Assembly: GCF_006345805.1 (NCBI RefSeq)
Contig: NC_043003.1
Coordinates: 80,104,001 to 80,168,000, forward strand
DNA length: 64,000 nucleotides
Direction of reading: 5' to 3'
DNA from: Octopus sinensis
Lineage: Eukaryota
In this document: piece by piece, positions 11,574 through 24,290 of the stretch
Numbering within the stretch: the first letter of the stretch is position 1
How the letters are laid out: every line of letters begins with the position of its first letter
Program-made: the position numbers and the translations under genes
The notes under the pieces: generated by a model
Database searches by the model: none
What the model was told of the DNA's origin: nothing
Seen by the model: only the letters and a program-made list of their open reading frames with translations

Positions 11574-12114
11574 AAGACAAGGTAGAAAATGCTAAACTAA
11601 TTTTATCATGAAATACATTTTGTAAAGGTTAGTACCGGTTTCAGCCTTTTTCGACTTTTTCATCTAAGAGGAAAACAAGATAAAGAATTAAATTGGAGAA
11701 AAATTTAATTAAATGTTCTGGAAATATTTCCATAGTCTTCAAATAGTACTTTTTCCTTATTCCTCTCACCCTCTATTTTCCTTTGGAAAGGCTCGGTAGG
11801 TTATAGCAGATCTGAAAAAATAATACTTATGAGTACAGAGAAATATTTGGTTCTGTAGTTCGATGGTTTGAGCAGCAGCAGTAGCATCCGAGAAAGGAGA
11901 CGGCAAAGAAGGAGGAGAAGGAGAAGGCGAAGAATAAGAAGATCCAGGAGAAGAAAAAAGGGGAAGGAGGAGAAAGAAAAGAATTTTTTCTTCAATTTAA
12001 TTGTTTTTCTTGTTTTACTCCTAGTTTTAAAAAGTCGAAAAGAATGGAATCGGTACTAATCTTTACATAATGTATTTCATGATAAAATTATTTTTGCGTT
12101 TTTTACTTTGTCTT
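11574..12114. mobile_element. Second foldback element with ~130-bp inverted arms and a purine-rich spacer
   Basis: Arms 11574-11706 and 11982-12114 are reverse-complementary (e.g. TAATTTTATCATGAAATACATT); the left arm has GAAACCGGUA on the minus strand. Confidence 0.75.
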
Positions 12115-12329
12115 ATTTTACTTGTATATTTATATATATATATATATACATACATACAGATATATATGCATATATATATACATATATAGATATATTTATA
12201 TATATATACATACGTATACATATGCGTATATATATGCATATATATACACTTATATGTTTATATATATATACACGTATATGTATATATATACATATATATA
12301 TACATGCATATATATGTATGTGTGTATAA

Positions 12330-12393
<64 letters not shown>

Positions 12394-12629
12394 ATTTCAA
12401 GGATATAAATAACCCTTAGAAGGATGTCAGCATCCGATTTCTCCGGTTTTATACATTGTATCACTGAAGTACTAAAATATATGAATTAATTAGTTGGACA
12501 TAGAAACAATTGTTGATTCTATGAGCTTGATATTGTTAGAAATTGGATTTCTTTAAATAAATTGATGTCCATATATGTATTTCTCCCTTTTCTTCTTTTT
12601 CTTATATATATATATATATAGATATATAT

Positions 12630-12680
<51 letters not shown>

Positions 12681-12968
12681 GTATACACACATGCACACAC
12701 ATATTGATACACTTACAAATATATATTTTATGCGGGTTTTTTTCTGAGTATTTATATGTCCATGGATTATAAGTAAAATAATGAACAAAAACCGAATGCC
12801 CCATTATTGTCCTGACCGACATTCAATATTTTGTTTCCATGCACTTTACGAGAAGATAGCTTAAGGTAATCTAGTAAGAACTGAAATATCCTGACTTTAT
12901 AGTTTACTAATGCATAATTACAGCTAAAGAGGCATTTAGGTTTGCGTGGGATACAGAAATTTTTACAG

Positions 12969-12995
12969 CAGGTGGCAGAATACAGACCAACGACT
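12969..12995 (+). CDS. Candidate 27-nt micro-exon
   Basis: TTTTTACAG|CAGGTGGCAGAATACAGACCAACGACT|GTAAGT; open in all three frames. Confidence 0.3.
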
Positions 12996-14401
12996 GTAAG
13001 TCTATCACTCCCAGCTCATTTATTCCTCGAAACATTTACAAGAAAGAAACAACATAAAGTTACAATTTCATTCTGTCCATTGGGGAAGATTTATATGTTT
13101 TTATATATGTCATATGTTCTGATATCTTGCAAAATCGCTAAAAAAGTACAAGCCACATTTTAGCAGGAACAACTTAAACATTTAATTCACAAGGAACAAA
13201 ATACATTATAAAACAGTTACATCGGCTGGCAACGTGTAGGTTAAAATTTAAATATTTGTTTTGATTAATTTGGTACGAGAAATTAAGTTGTTCATTTTTT
13301 CTGACCTCTGCTCTTTGCTCAAGGATGTTGCTAAGGAAAAACCCCAACCCCAAGCAACAACAAAAAATAACAACTAAAACAAAAATCAAAAATACAGATA
13401 AAGAAACCCCCACAAAACATAGCATTTTATGTTCGTGAAATTTGAATGAAAGTCAATTTTGAAATACAAATACATGTTTGAGAAACCGAAGTGATTTGAC
13501 AAATTTAAAAGAAACAATTTTTGCAATATTACATTTTTGTAGCTATTGACTGGCTTCAGTAAAGATATGAAGAACACATTTTTCTGAATTAATATATACT
13601 AAAATATTCACAAATGGTTAACTGAATCGATTATCCATCGAACAATGAGTCGAGTGATCGTCGGTTTATATGTTGTATTTTATCTTACATAGCGCCCGTA
13701 GTCAATACACTCAACTCTCTACAACTGAATACATCAAGTAGTTAAATTTGTTAAATTTCTGCTAACGTATACATTAATGTAGTGACTAAAAGAAAAAAAT
13801 GAGTCAATTAAATTTTCACTTGTAGTCAGGAGAAAAAAATATATACTGGTAAAAAGAAAACAAAAGAAATAAAGCAAAAAGGAATAACAACTAAATAAAA
13901 CAGTTGAATGATTAATTCAAAAAGATAAGAGAGAAAACACCGAAATTAAAAGCAAGTGAAATTTAACCACTGAGTACAGGAAAGTCAGCCTGACTAATTG
14001 GCATGAAGATGCACATCAAATTATTCCAGTCTCTGTCTTTTCTACGACTACAACGGCTTCTTATCTTCGGAGCTGACTTTTCTATGACTGCCTCCACTCA
14101 GTAAATCCTGCGAATAATTTTCTCTTTCTCTGGTTAGTCATATATTTCTACCTCCACCAAACTCCGTATTCACTGTCACTCTTGGAACATGAGCACTCAA
14201 GAATTCGTTTTTGCACGTTTTCTTTTTCTTTATTCATCAATTTGCTCTCTTTTCAACAGGAACATTACATGTGTTGTGCGAACGGTGTTGAACTTGGTGC
14301 ATAATCTAATTTTAGATTAAATTCCAAAAAATGGAAGCTCTAAAAAAACGTACAAAAATATGTTCTTTGGTGTTGAATGAGTGAATATACAAAATGAAAA
14401 G

Positions 14402-14624
14402 TAAGGCGGCGAGCTGGTAGAAACGTTAGCACGTCGGGCGAAATTCGTAGCCGTATTTCGTCTGTCGTTGCGTTCCGAGTTCAAATTCCGACGAGGTCGA
14501 CTTTGCCTTTCATCCTTTCGGGGTCGATAAATTAAGTACCAGTTACGCACTGGGGTTGATGTAATCGACTTAATTCCTTTGTCTGTCCCCTCTGTGTTTA
14601 GCCCCCTGTGGGTAGTAAAGAAAT
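14402..14624 (+). mobile_element. tRNA-derived SINE (family S1) with a 17-bp target-site duplication
   Basis: GGCGGCGAGCTGGTAGAAACG...GAGTTCAAATTCC...CATCCTTTCGGGGTCGATAAATTAAGTACCAG; ATATACAAAATGAAAAG at 14385-14401 and 14625-14641. Confidence 0.9.
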
Positions 14625-14677
14625 ATATACAAAATGAAAAGGAAACATTCTATAGGTCCTTGAAACAGCTTTTGTAC

Positions 14678-16200
14678 TTCTATATTTTATCTAGACTACC
14701 CGTTTTAAACATCCATCACTATCCCTTACTATCTCACATGATCCCACACTATCCCTCACTATGTTCCCCCCGCACAAACACACACACATAGACACACATA
14801 CACTATCTCTCTCCATCAATATCTCTCACTAGCTCTGAATATCCCTCAGTATCTATCACCAATCGCCACTATCCCTAACAAACCCTCTCTATCATTTACT
14901 ACCGTACACTGTCCAACACCATTTCTCACTATCCCACAATCTCTCACGATCAGGCGCTAGCCAATAATATCCGTCCCTACCTCTCCCTAATTCTCACTAT
15001 TCTATACTATCACACTATCTCTTACTATCTCAGTATATGCCGCACTATCTTACCGTTTTGCTTATTACCATCCTTCACAAGCTGACTATCACCCTACTAT
15101 CTCTCATTATCCTGCTCTGTTTCGCATTATTCTTCACTATCCTAAACTCTCATTTTCTCTCAATATCCCACACAATCTAACCTATTCCTCAAAATTCCTT
15201 ACTCTCTCACCCTATCCCACATTATTCCTATCCTACCCTGTTCTAGGATACCCAGCACTATCTTACAATATCCCATACTATGCCAAATTATCTACCACTA
15301 TCCTCACTATCGAGCTCTAAACTTCACCGACCTTTACCGTTACTCATTATACCACAATATCCCTCACTATCACCGTCCTATACTTACTCTCGTTAAACTT
15401 TGTTATCGCTTCCCACATTGCTTTTTACTATCCTTCACTGTCACACACTATTCCTCACTATCCCACACACTATCAATATTCCTGACTGTCACACATTATC
15501 CCTGTCCATCACTCACACTCACTATCTTAATCTGTCCGTAATCTAACTCTTTCCAACGTTATTTCTCACTGAATCACTCTCATATTTTATCCCACACCGA
15601 CCCACATTATATCTCACTGTCACACACCATCACTCATTATTACACAGTACCCCGTACAATCTCACAGAGTCCATCATTATCCTTCACTATTCCATATTAT
15701 CCTTTACTATCTCTCGACCCCACATTGTTTTTCCTTACTGTCTGTCGCTATCACTCACTACCACTCTTTTGTGATTCACTGTTATGTGAACCATAAATAA
15801 ATAAAATGAACATTGCAACTACTTTCTATATTTTATCTAGACTACCCGTTTTAAATATCCATCACTATCCCTTACTATCTCACACTACCACACGCTATTT
15901 GTCAACATGACTCAGTATCCCACACTTTCCCACACTACCACACACTATACACCCTATCGCTCACTACCACTCACTATCCAACACTATTGCTAATTAAACC
16001 ACGCTATCCTATTCTATCCCACATTGTATCTCACTAACCCTCACTATTCTCACTTACTATTCGTCGTATTCTACTCAGTCTAAACTATTCCGTATTATTC
16101 TATACTATGTATAACTATACGACGATATCCCTCAGAATCCCACAATAATTCCCTCTATCCCTCAGTAACCCACATTATCACATAGTATCCTTTAAGGTTC
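14678..16200. repeat. Degenerate G-poor minisatellite built on CACTATCC-like units
   Basis: Many CACTATCC/CACATTAT variants; a ~60-bp leader TTCTATATTTTATCTAGACTACCCGTTTTAAA occurs at 14678 and 15824. Confidence 0.75.
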
Positions 16201-16996
16201 AATGCCATCACACACTCTAACTTACATATCATAACCGATATATTTACAATAGATGTTTACTTCTAATAGTCGGATTAATTTTAAGAAAGTGTTATTTCTT
16301 CTTTAGTTATCTTATTTCATGATATTTCCTATGTTCTTATCTACTTCTAAAATATTTATAGCATTATCTGTTAATCTGTGTAATGATGTTCTGTTCTGGT
16401 AATTATGTTCTATTACATACCACTATTATTAGTCATCTGTTCAATCTCAAAACTTGAAAATCTCAAACCAAATTTAATTTGAATGCTTCAACTTGTACGT
16501 TGACAAAATAAATAAGAATTACAGTAATTTTCTGACCGGCAAGATACAGTAAATTGTCAAAACACTTCAGAAACACGTAATTACTTTCAAGAACACCAAA
16601 TGATTGTGGTTGATGCTGCTGTTTTTGTTTGGTTGGTTAGCAATATCTGCAGTTTGAGCGAACTGAGTTAGGATAAGAGGTGCTACACCCGTAGACCTTC
16701 ACGTATTTTCCTAAAGGGTAAATCCGTATTTTTTTTTAGATACAAGAGTGCTGGATTGCCGCTATTATCGATAGCATATCAAGCAACAACATTGACGCCT
16801 TTTTATGATGGCTGAATTATCACCATGTAGGTAGATTTTCCAGAAGTTATGTTATATATTCTTGACTTTTAGAGAAAAAAAGAATGATTTGTAAGAAAGT
16901 ACCTTATTCAAAGGCTCATGGGAGTACTCCTGATGAAACTTAAGCTAATAGTGTAGACTAACGCACTGGGTTGCCATTATTACTTGTACATCATAG

Positions 16997-17023
16997 CCAA
17001 TTACACCAATGACCTATAGCAAG
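16997..17023 (+). CDS. Candidate 27-nt micro-exon (phase 0, PITPMTYSK)
   Basis: CATCATAG|CCAATTACACCAATGACCTATAGCAAG|GTAAGA. Confidence 0.3.
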
Positions 17024-17076
17024 GTAAGAGTTTGTTATTGCTGGCCGGTTGATTAATTATATGTAAGTTGGAGTAA

Positions 17077-17497
17077 GGCGCAGGAGTGGCTGTGTGATAA
17101 GTAGTTTGCTTACCAATCACATGGTTCCGGGTTCAGTTCTACTGCGTGACACCTTGGGCAAGTGTCATCAACTATAGCTTCGGGCCTACCAAAGCCTTGC
17201 GAGTGGATTTGGTTGACAGAAACTGAAAGAAGCCTGTCGTATATATGAGTATATATATATATATGTGTGTGTGTGTGTGGGGTGGGGGTTTGTGTGTGTG
17301 TGTGTGTTTGTCCACCTAACATCACTTGATAACCGATACTGGTGTGTTTGCGTCTCCGTAATTTAGTAGTTCGGCAAAAGAGACCGATAGGAGAAGTACT
17401 AGGCTTACAAAGAATAAGTCTCGGGGTCGATTTGGTAGACTAAAGGCGTTACTCCTGCATGGCACAATCAAGTGACTGAAACAAGTAAAAGAATAAG
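17077..17497 (+). mobile_element. tRNA-derived SINE (family S2) with an internal (TA)n(TG)n tract
   Basis: GGCGCAGGAGTGGCTGTGTG..GGTTCCGGGTTCAG..CACCTTGGGCAAGTGTC; tail ends GACTGAAACAAGTAAAAGA. Confidence 0.9.
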
Positions 17498-17504
17498 TAT
17501 ATTA

Positions 17505-17719
17505 CGAGGGCGTGCGGAAAAGTTCCTGGCTTTGGGTACAAGAAAATACAGGTGGATCAGTTAGTTATGATATTATTTAACATATTCCTCTCTCACAATC
17601 ACACTTATTGCAGCAGTCTTTCAATTTCCCTAAGCTCTGTAAGAGAACTGAGAAAGTTGGGCTTCCAGCTAGGACTTTCGTGATACCCTTAAAGCTAAGG
17701 ACCTTTTAGGATTCCCTAG
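17505..17719. mobile_element. Tc1/mariner-type MITE (~215 bp)
   Basis: TA|CGAGGGCGTGCGGAAAAGTTCCTGGCTTT ... AAAGCTAAGGACCTTTTAGGATTCCCTAG|TA: imperfect ~30-bp TIRs with a TA TSD. Confidence 0.7.
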
Positions 17720-17827
17720 TACAGTGCTACAATGACAGGATACTGTCTAACTCCTAAATACACCATATCTCAAAACTGAACTGATGACTTGGATGTTAAA
17801 TATTAAAAGTAATACTCTTTATAACGT

Positions 17828-18090
17828 GTGGAGGTACGTGGCTTAGTGGTTAGGATGTCAGCATCATGATCGTAAAATTGTGGTTTCGATTCCTGGACCG
17901 GACGACGCGTTGTGTTCTTGAGCAAAATACTTCATTTCACGTTGCTCCAGTCCACCCAGCTGGCAAAAATGAGTAACGCTACGATGGACTGGCGTCGCGT
18001 CCAACTTGAGAACACATACGCCATTGAAACCGGGAAACCGGGCCCATGAGCCTAGGTTGGCTTTAAAAGGGCACATTTATTATTTATTTT
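17828..18090 (+). mobile_element. tRNA-derived CORE-like SINE (family S4)
   Basis: GTGGCTTAGTGGTTAGGATG (A box), GGTTTCGATTCCTGG (B box), GTTGTGTTCTTGAGCAAAATACTTCATTTCAC; (TTAT)n tail. Confidence 0.8.
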
Positions 18091-18349
18091 CGAAATAACG
18101 TAACGAGGCGGAACTAAATACTGTAATGCAATTTGTACAACACCATATAAATTCTGACAATCCATTGTAATATGTAGATGATTAATATTAGGAAATGTTT
18201 TACGTTCTAAGATGAGAATCTGATTCCACAGCCTGTGATATAATGCAGGAAATATCGATGTTTATACAAATTATATCTAAATGTATTTAACCGCAGATAA
18301 TATTCACACATTAGGTTCTCCTTGCTCCCTTCTCACTCTTTTTTCACAT

Positions 18350-18568
18350 GCAAGCACACGCAGACACACACGAACAACACACACACACACACTCGCACAC
18401 GCACATTCGCAATCACGCATGCACGAACACACACACACACACACGTGATATAAGTGTATATACAAATATATCTATATCTGTGCGTGTTTATACATACATA
18501 TATATATATACGTGTGTTTGCGAAGAAACGAAAATTTCACTCAACACATTTTGTTACTGTGTATATAT

Positions 18569-18645
<77 letters not shown>

Positions 18646-18730
18646 GTATTATATATATATATGTATATATATATGTATTATATATATATATATACATACA
18701 TATATATGTATATATGTATATATATATATG

Positions 18731-18779
<49 letters not shown>

Positions 18780-18786
18780 TATATAC

Positions 18787-18829
<43 letters not shown>

Positions 18830-19015
18830 CATATATATATATACATACATATATATATACATATATATATATAGACATACAAATATGTGGGAAAATATAT
18901 CTATACGTGCACACACACACCTATACATATGTGTGTATATGTTGTATGTATGTATGCATGTATGTATGTATGTATGTATGTATGTATGTATGTATGTATG
19001 TATGTATGTATGTGT
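18350..19015. repeat. Compound (CA)n/(TA)n/(TATG)n microsatellite
   Basis: Direct reading. Confidence 0.95.
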
Positions 19016-19499
19016 AAAGGTATGTAATTAAATCAGTTGTTTCGGGCGATAACATTATTAATCACTTCTCCTTTTGGTGTCTGGTTTTGGTGTTGCTAGA
19101 CTAAAGAATATGATTAACATTAATTGTCTTCTATTATACATCCTTACTTATTTTATTATACCTACTTGCTCAAACAAAGAAATCATTATTCTTTCCTACT
19201 TACTGTTGTTGTCATCGATTGTTGGTGCAGCTATTGATTTTACTTGTTCTTCTTTTTCACTTGTTTTTATAGGTGATGGTCACTTTAAAGGATTATTTAT
19301 CTTTTGTGTTTTATCTTACAAATGGGTGTCTTCCATTTTTATTTTGGCTATAATGTTACATCAGGGAATCATCGCAGATTTAGTGCTGCTGCTAGTAATA
19401 CTAATACTACTACCTCTACTATTAGTAATAATGATAATGCTAATAATAATAACAGTAGTAGTAGTAGTATTAGTATTAGTAGTAGTAGTAGTAGTAGTT

Positions 19500-19547
<48 letters not shown>

Positions 19548-19550
19548 ATG

Positions 19551-19616
<66 letters not shown>

Positions 19617-19619
<3 letters not shown>

Positions 19620-20175
19620 CCTCGATGTAGTATCAGACACTGTCTGTCGTGGCTTCTGATCTTAACTGACTGGAAGTGTTATCATCTACATTGTTTTGTC
19701 TTGGTATAAAAGAAGGCCTACAGCAAATATTCTGCTCAATACCACAGAATTGATTGTCAGTTGTTTGACCTTAACCAGTTTAGCATGTCCCTTAGTGGCT
19801 GACGACATGTGCATCTCCGATCACGAGCAGAAATAGTGGGGGAGCATCATAGCCATGTGTTGAGAGGGATTCTTTGGGGTTTGGATAATTCACCTTTGGA
19901 AACATGGGTGGTTCGTTCAATATCCTTAGACAACCCTTATTCAGGGACGTTTTGAGCGGAATGGTTTACTCGACCAGAAGAAAATTCTAACTGGGCCCGA
20001 ACTGCAAGGTCATGTGCTGTTTATCTTGATATGAGATCACTATGTCGCGCACATATGGTTGTGATGCATGTGCTTGGTGTACCCTTAACAGACGGGTAGT
20101 CATGATGGGTATACTGGGCTTCGAATATTTTACCCCAGGTGTCACTTCGATGGCATGCACTTCTCTCTCACTCAA
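19617..20175 (+). mobile_element. ~550-bp non-coding dispersed repeat of the (AAT)n-tailed family, copy 1
   Basis: Aligns with copies at 38165, 44140 and 44780; ends CTCTCTCACTCAAT; preceded by (TAA)n. Confidence 0.8.
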
Positions 20176-20199
20176 TGATAAACTTTTCAACTACAGGTA

Positions 20200-20370
20200 C
20201 AAGATCTGCAATTTAGGGGAGGGGATAGTCGGTTACATCGACACCAGTACACAACTGGTACTTATTTTATCGAACCCGAAATGATGAAAAGGAAAGTTGA
20301 CCTAGGGGGAATTTGAACTCAAAACGTGAACACGGATGAAATGCTGTAAAGCATTTTTTCTGGTGTGTTA
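20200..20370 (-). mobile_element. Diverged S1-type SINE
   Basis: Reverse complement of GAGTTCAAATTCC...TCGATAAAATAAGTACCAG. Confidence 0.6.
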
Positions 20371-20405
20371 ATAATTCTGCCAGTTCTTCTTCCTCCGCCT
20401 GCTGC

Positions 20406-20476
<71 letters not shown>

Positions 20477-20619
20477 TAAAAACTAGCATGTTCTGTGAAA
20501 TTGAGGTAACACAAAAGACAAATAGTACTAGAATTTCAATCTACAAAATCCCCCAGTTACTAGAATGGCTGCTTGGAGCCAATTAAATAATCGCCGCAGA
20601 AACTCAATAGTTCTGATAA

Positions 20620-23420
20620 ACTAGGATGAGAGCTCAGAGTAGGCCTGTTCACCGTTTGAACATCTTTTCAACAAAGTGGACAATATATTACTGCCTATCC
20701 TCACCTTCCTTGTGAAGTGAAATTTGAAATGTTTAATGATGGCATGGTCGAACAAGTAAAGAATTTTCAATATTTTCGCTCTCTTCCACCACACAACCGA
20801 TTTCGCCATAGCCATTACACTGAAAAACACTGCCTCCAGTTTCCGACCAAAGGCCAAAGGAGAATGGATTAGTTATCTTCGTGATGGATTTAACTGATGA
20901 CCGGATTTGTACGACACTTGACAATAGCTGTTAAATATAACTTTACATCTCAGCAATGCTTGGACAGGATACTGAACGAATGCATGCTGAACGGTTTCGT
21001 TGCTTTACAAACATCTTGAAAATGCCCGACTGACGGCAATTACTTACCTGTAGAGATTGTCATGAATCGGTAATTTCCTCGCTCGTACTGTCAGGATAGC
21101 AATATCTGGAAATTATTCGTGGATACTGGACTTAATATTCTCTGAGACAGTGCAGCTGGTTGATTCTCATGAACACTTAGAATTTCAGTAAGAACGTTTC
21201 TAATTTTTCCTGCCTTTAGTACTGTAAAGGTCGTGGAAGTTGAAATTCAACCAAATCTTTTGACCGATTGGTAGAGATTACATGACAGCACTGAAGTTGC
21301 TTGGTACCTAGCCTTGATCAGTGCTCACCCTCTAGAAGTATATGTAGATATCGTAGCCTTAACGCTTGTTGGTATGCCAGTTCATACCGAACCCTTCCTA
21401 TTGAGGATGATAGCTGTAGACAGACCCCTCTTTCTAATGGACAGACACATCAATTTGATAAAAAGAAAAGTGGAGTAGTAATACTTAAAGGAGTCGACAT
21501 ACGCATTCGCCATCTCCATCTTGTCATTCATGGATAACTTCCTCTCAGATTAGTTCTGTGTGAGACTGGCCAACCTTCTCGTAAATCCATCTCAACTACC
21601 AAACATCTGGGGGTCCGAACATACCTAACCCCCATGTAACTTAACAAGACCATCTATCAAACGTACCATGATGCTAACATCGCCCGAATATGATAACACA
21701 ACTCTTCCTCATCCAAGTTGGATCGAAGATGACCCTCACCAATTCTAATTTCGCAGGTATAGACCACTGATCAGTTCGTAAAGAAGAGATTAGAGAGAAC
21801 GCGATGAACTGAGAGTGTGATCTAAAACGATTGCTTTAGGTAGCCATTTAATATGACCATCGACCAGAGTACACTGATGTGAGCCAATCTCTGAAGAGGA
21901 TCCGAAACCAGCTTTGTTGAGGACAGCCGCCACGAAGAAAGAAAAGGACGACACAATTATTAGTTTTCGATTGATTTCACTTAACCAGTGTCCACTGAGA
22001 CTAGTTTTCTACCTACCCTCTCTACGTGCATCGCATGAGATCGAGGGTGTCTTGAATAGACCCGCTTATGATACTCCATGTCCTAACCTCCCGACGACAA
22101 GCACCTAGTTATAACTAAATAATTATTTGCTTGCATATTGGCCAAAACTTTAAAACATGTGGATCAGAGATACAGGTTGGAAATTATCAGTGTAGTTCCT
22201 TTTGGTCCATTGTTACCTCAGCCGTATTACAACTATCTGGCTTACAGAAATAGTGATACCCCGTTCTCATGATTGTTGAAGATGTTTATCGAAAAGGCAG
22301 CGGTAAGTCTGACACATGGCCATGACGCTTGCATGACAGACATCCCAAAGAATGTGATCTGCATCTCTTATAACCAGCCATCACAACCTGCATCTTAGCT
22401 GCTATCGGTTTTTGGCAGCAACGCACATCTACCTAAATTCGAGGTTGGCGTCGAGATAGGCAGTAAAGATCGCTTTGAACAACACTGGAAAGTTGCGCAT
22501 TTATGTTTGGAAGCGGGTAACACACGGCTCCTTGTCCTTCAGAAACTAAATTATAGCATTATTACCAGATTGTGCCCCTGTCATCCTCCATCCGCCGGTT
22601 TTCGTACTTACATGCCTTAGAGCACGTTGCTTATCTCTGACAAAACAGATTTCATCTTTGTCGTTACAGATAGGGGAAATGGTCAAAAGCCATTCTCACT
22701 TCTAGAACCTCGGTAAGAGTATCTTTCCTGATTATATATTCTAGATTTCTCAGTAATGACAGTCTTTTCTATTTCTCACCAATCCGATCTATTTGTTTAC
22801 TATCCCTTTAATAAAATCAACGATTTTACACTAATCACTCTTTTCAGATGTCCCAGTCTGCGGTTGTTGACAATAGCCCCTGTCAACTGTCACTTAACTA
22901 AAACGCTAATCCAGCCTCTGAAGGCTTTTTGTGCGGGGAACGGAGTGTTTAGCTTCCTATTATTTGGTGAAACTCATAAAATCCCGTCATGCTTCTATGA
23001 TGCTATTCCATTCACCTATTAGTACGAGAAAGGGAGGCATTCTCAGAAACATTTCCAGACGTCTGAATACATCAAGTCACCATGCATTGAGTGGCATGCA
23101 GGGCCTTTAAACAGAATGCTCTGCAATACGGTTGGACACATGAAGTATCACCGATTTAGCACCCGTGTCCAGAAAGATCTTCTGACATCTTGACTTTTCG
23201 AAACAACCCTGCCACTACTCTTCCCGAACCTAGGACGCGTATAGGTGGTAGCTGTCAAAAATTAGCATAGGTGCATGCACATCGGAAATCCGGGTCATTC
23301 TGATTGCTAGAAGCTAACGACCTGAGTATTTATGCAATCAGCCTTACGCACATGCTGGTTCTTGGCCACGCACATTTAAACATTCTGCACTGATGTTCAC
23401 TTTGTTTAAAAGCAGAAAAC
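20620..23420 (-). pseudogene. L1/Tx1-type ORF2 (APE + RT + C-terminal Cys/His knuckle), heavily decayed
   Basis: Collinear motifs by manual translation: ISAECLNVRG; FLVLIGEWNSII; NFQPVSLIH..FKVLAN; VAAVLNKAGFG..FRDWL; SYSGDVSIMV; SERKLSMNDKMEMANAY; KLPIHDNLYR..SRCL*SNETVQHAFVQYP. Confidence 0.8.
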
Positions 23421-23949
23421 TAAGGGATGTAACTTATCTTCGACTTGTTGAATTGTGAGTAATCTGGTCTCTATTATGACCTGCGCTCTCTTGAATGGCT
23501 TATTTAGGTGTTTCCATTTTGTATCTGACCGATGCGTCCGGTACTTCGTAAGGATTTTCCCAGTTCTGTTTCGGAGACGTCTTGCAACATCTTCAATGTC
23601 TATATATGGTGTAGTTCTTTTGATTCAATTTTGGCAATTGTTTGTTTTGTGCTACGTAATCAATCAAATCACTATTATATTTGTTCACAACTATTAAGTT
23701 AATGGAAATAATATAGAGTGTTAAGTTGGTGCTGGTTTTCGGAGTTTTCTGAGAAGGCAACATGTTCTCTCTATATATAACTGAAGTGCAAATTTAACTG
23801 TCTGCTTTCTCCAATGAGTGAGCGCCTGCCGACATTCCAGACACCAAGCACCAAATCTGTTGCCATATTTTGACCTAGAACTGTAGCTCCGGCAAGAGAC
23901 TTGTGGAACAAAGCAAAAACGAAAACGTGCCTCACAAACGGAGACAACT

Positions 23950-24290
23950 CATATTCACTGTCCAGGAAATCCTGCAGATAGAGTAATAGGTCAAATTGCA
24001 AAGCAGACAAAATAATGGGTAGAGCAATATGATTTTCGCTAAATAAGTTTTCTGAGATGAACTGTTTAGCACACATGAAATTAATAGTAGACACGTTTAG
24101 ATAAAATTGCAGCAAATTCAGAATTACGTAAAATGTTCAAATTCCAGTCAACTGATCAAGCTTGCTGAATAATTTAGCAGACTTGGTCACAAATACCTAA
24201 AGCTACAATTTTGGAACTCGGTAATTCTACGACTAGACGAGTTGCTGATCTAAAGATAACTAAAGGAATGTCAACAAAGTATTAGTAGAT
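23950..24290 (+). pseudogene. Possible Ty1/copia RNase H C-terminal relic
   Basis: LFSTHE..LQQIQ..NNLADLVT / IPKATILELG..TRRVADLK resembles copia FYTHELQ..QQI..NLADLFTK.LP..TF..L...RRL.DL; frameshifts are needed. Confidence 0.35.

Noticed and set aside
12411-12448. AACC-CTTAGAA-GGATG/CATCC-GATTTCTCC-GGTT, HHR-like geometry
   Set aside because: The stems fit, but both core boxes are too degenerate to call without a consensus.
14402-14470. tRNA-like heads of the SINEs
   Set aside because: No complete cloverleaf; these are SINE promoter regions, not tRNA genes.
20600-21300. Alternative readings as mariner transposase (minus) or an RTE RT tail (plus, QVKNFQY)
   Set aside because: Better explained as the C-terminus of the collinear Tx1 ORF2.
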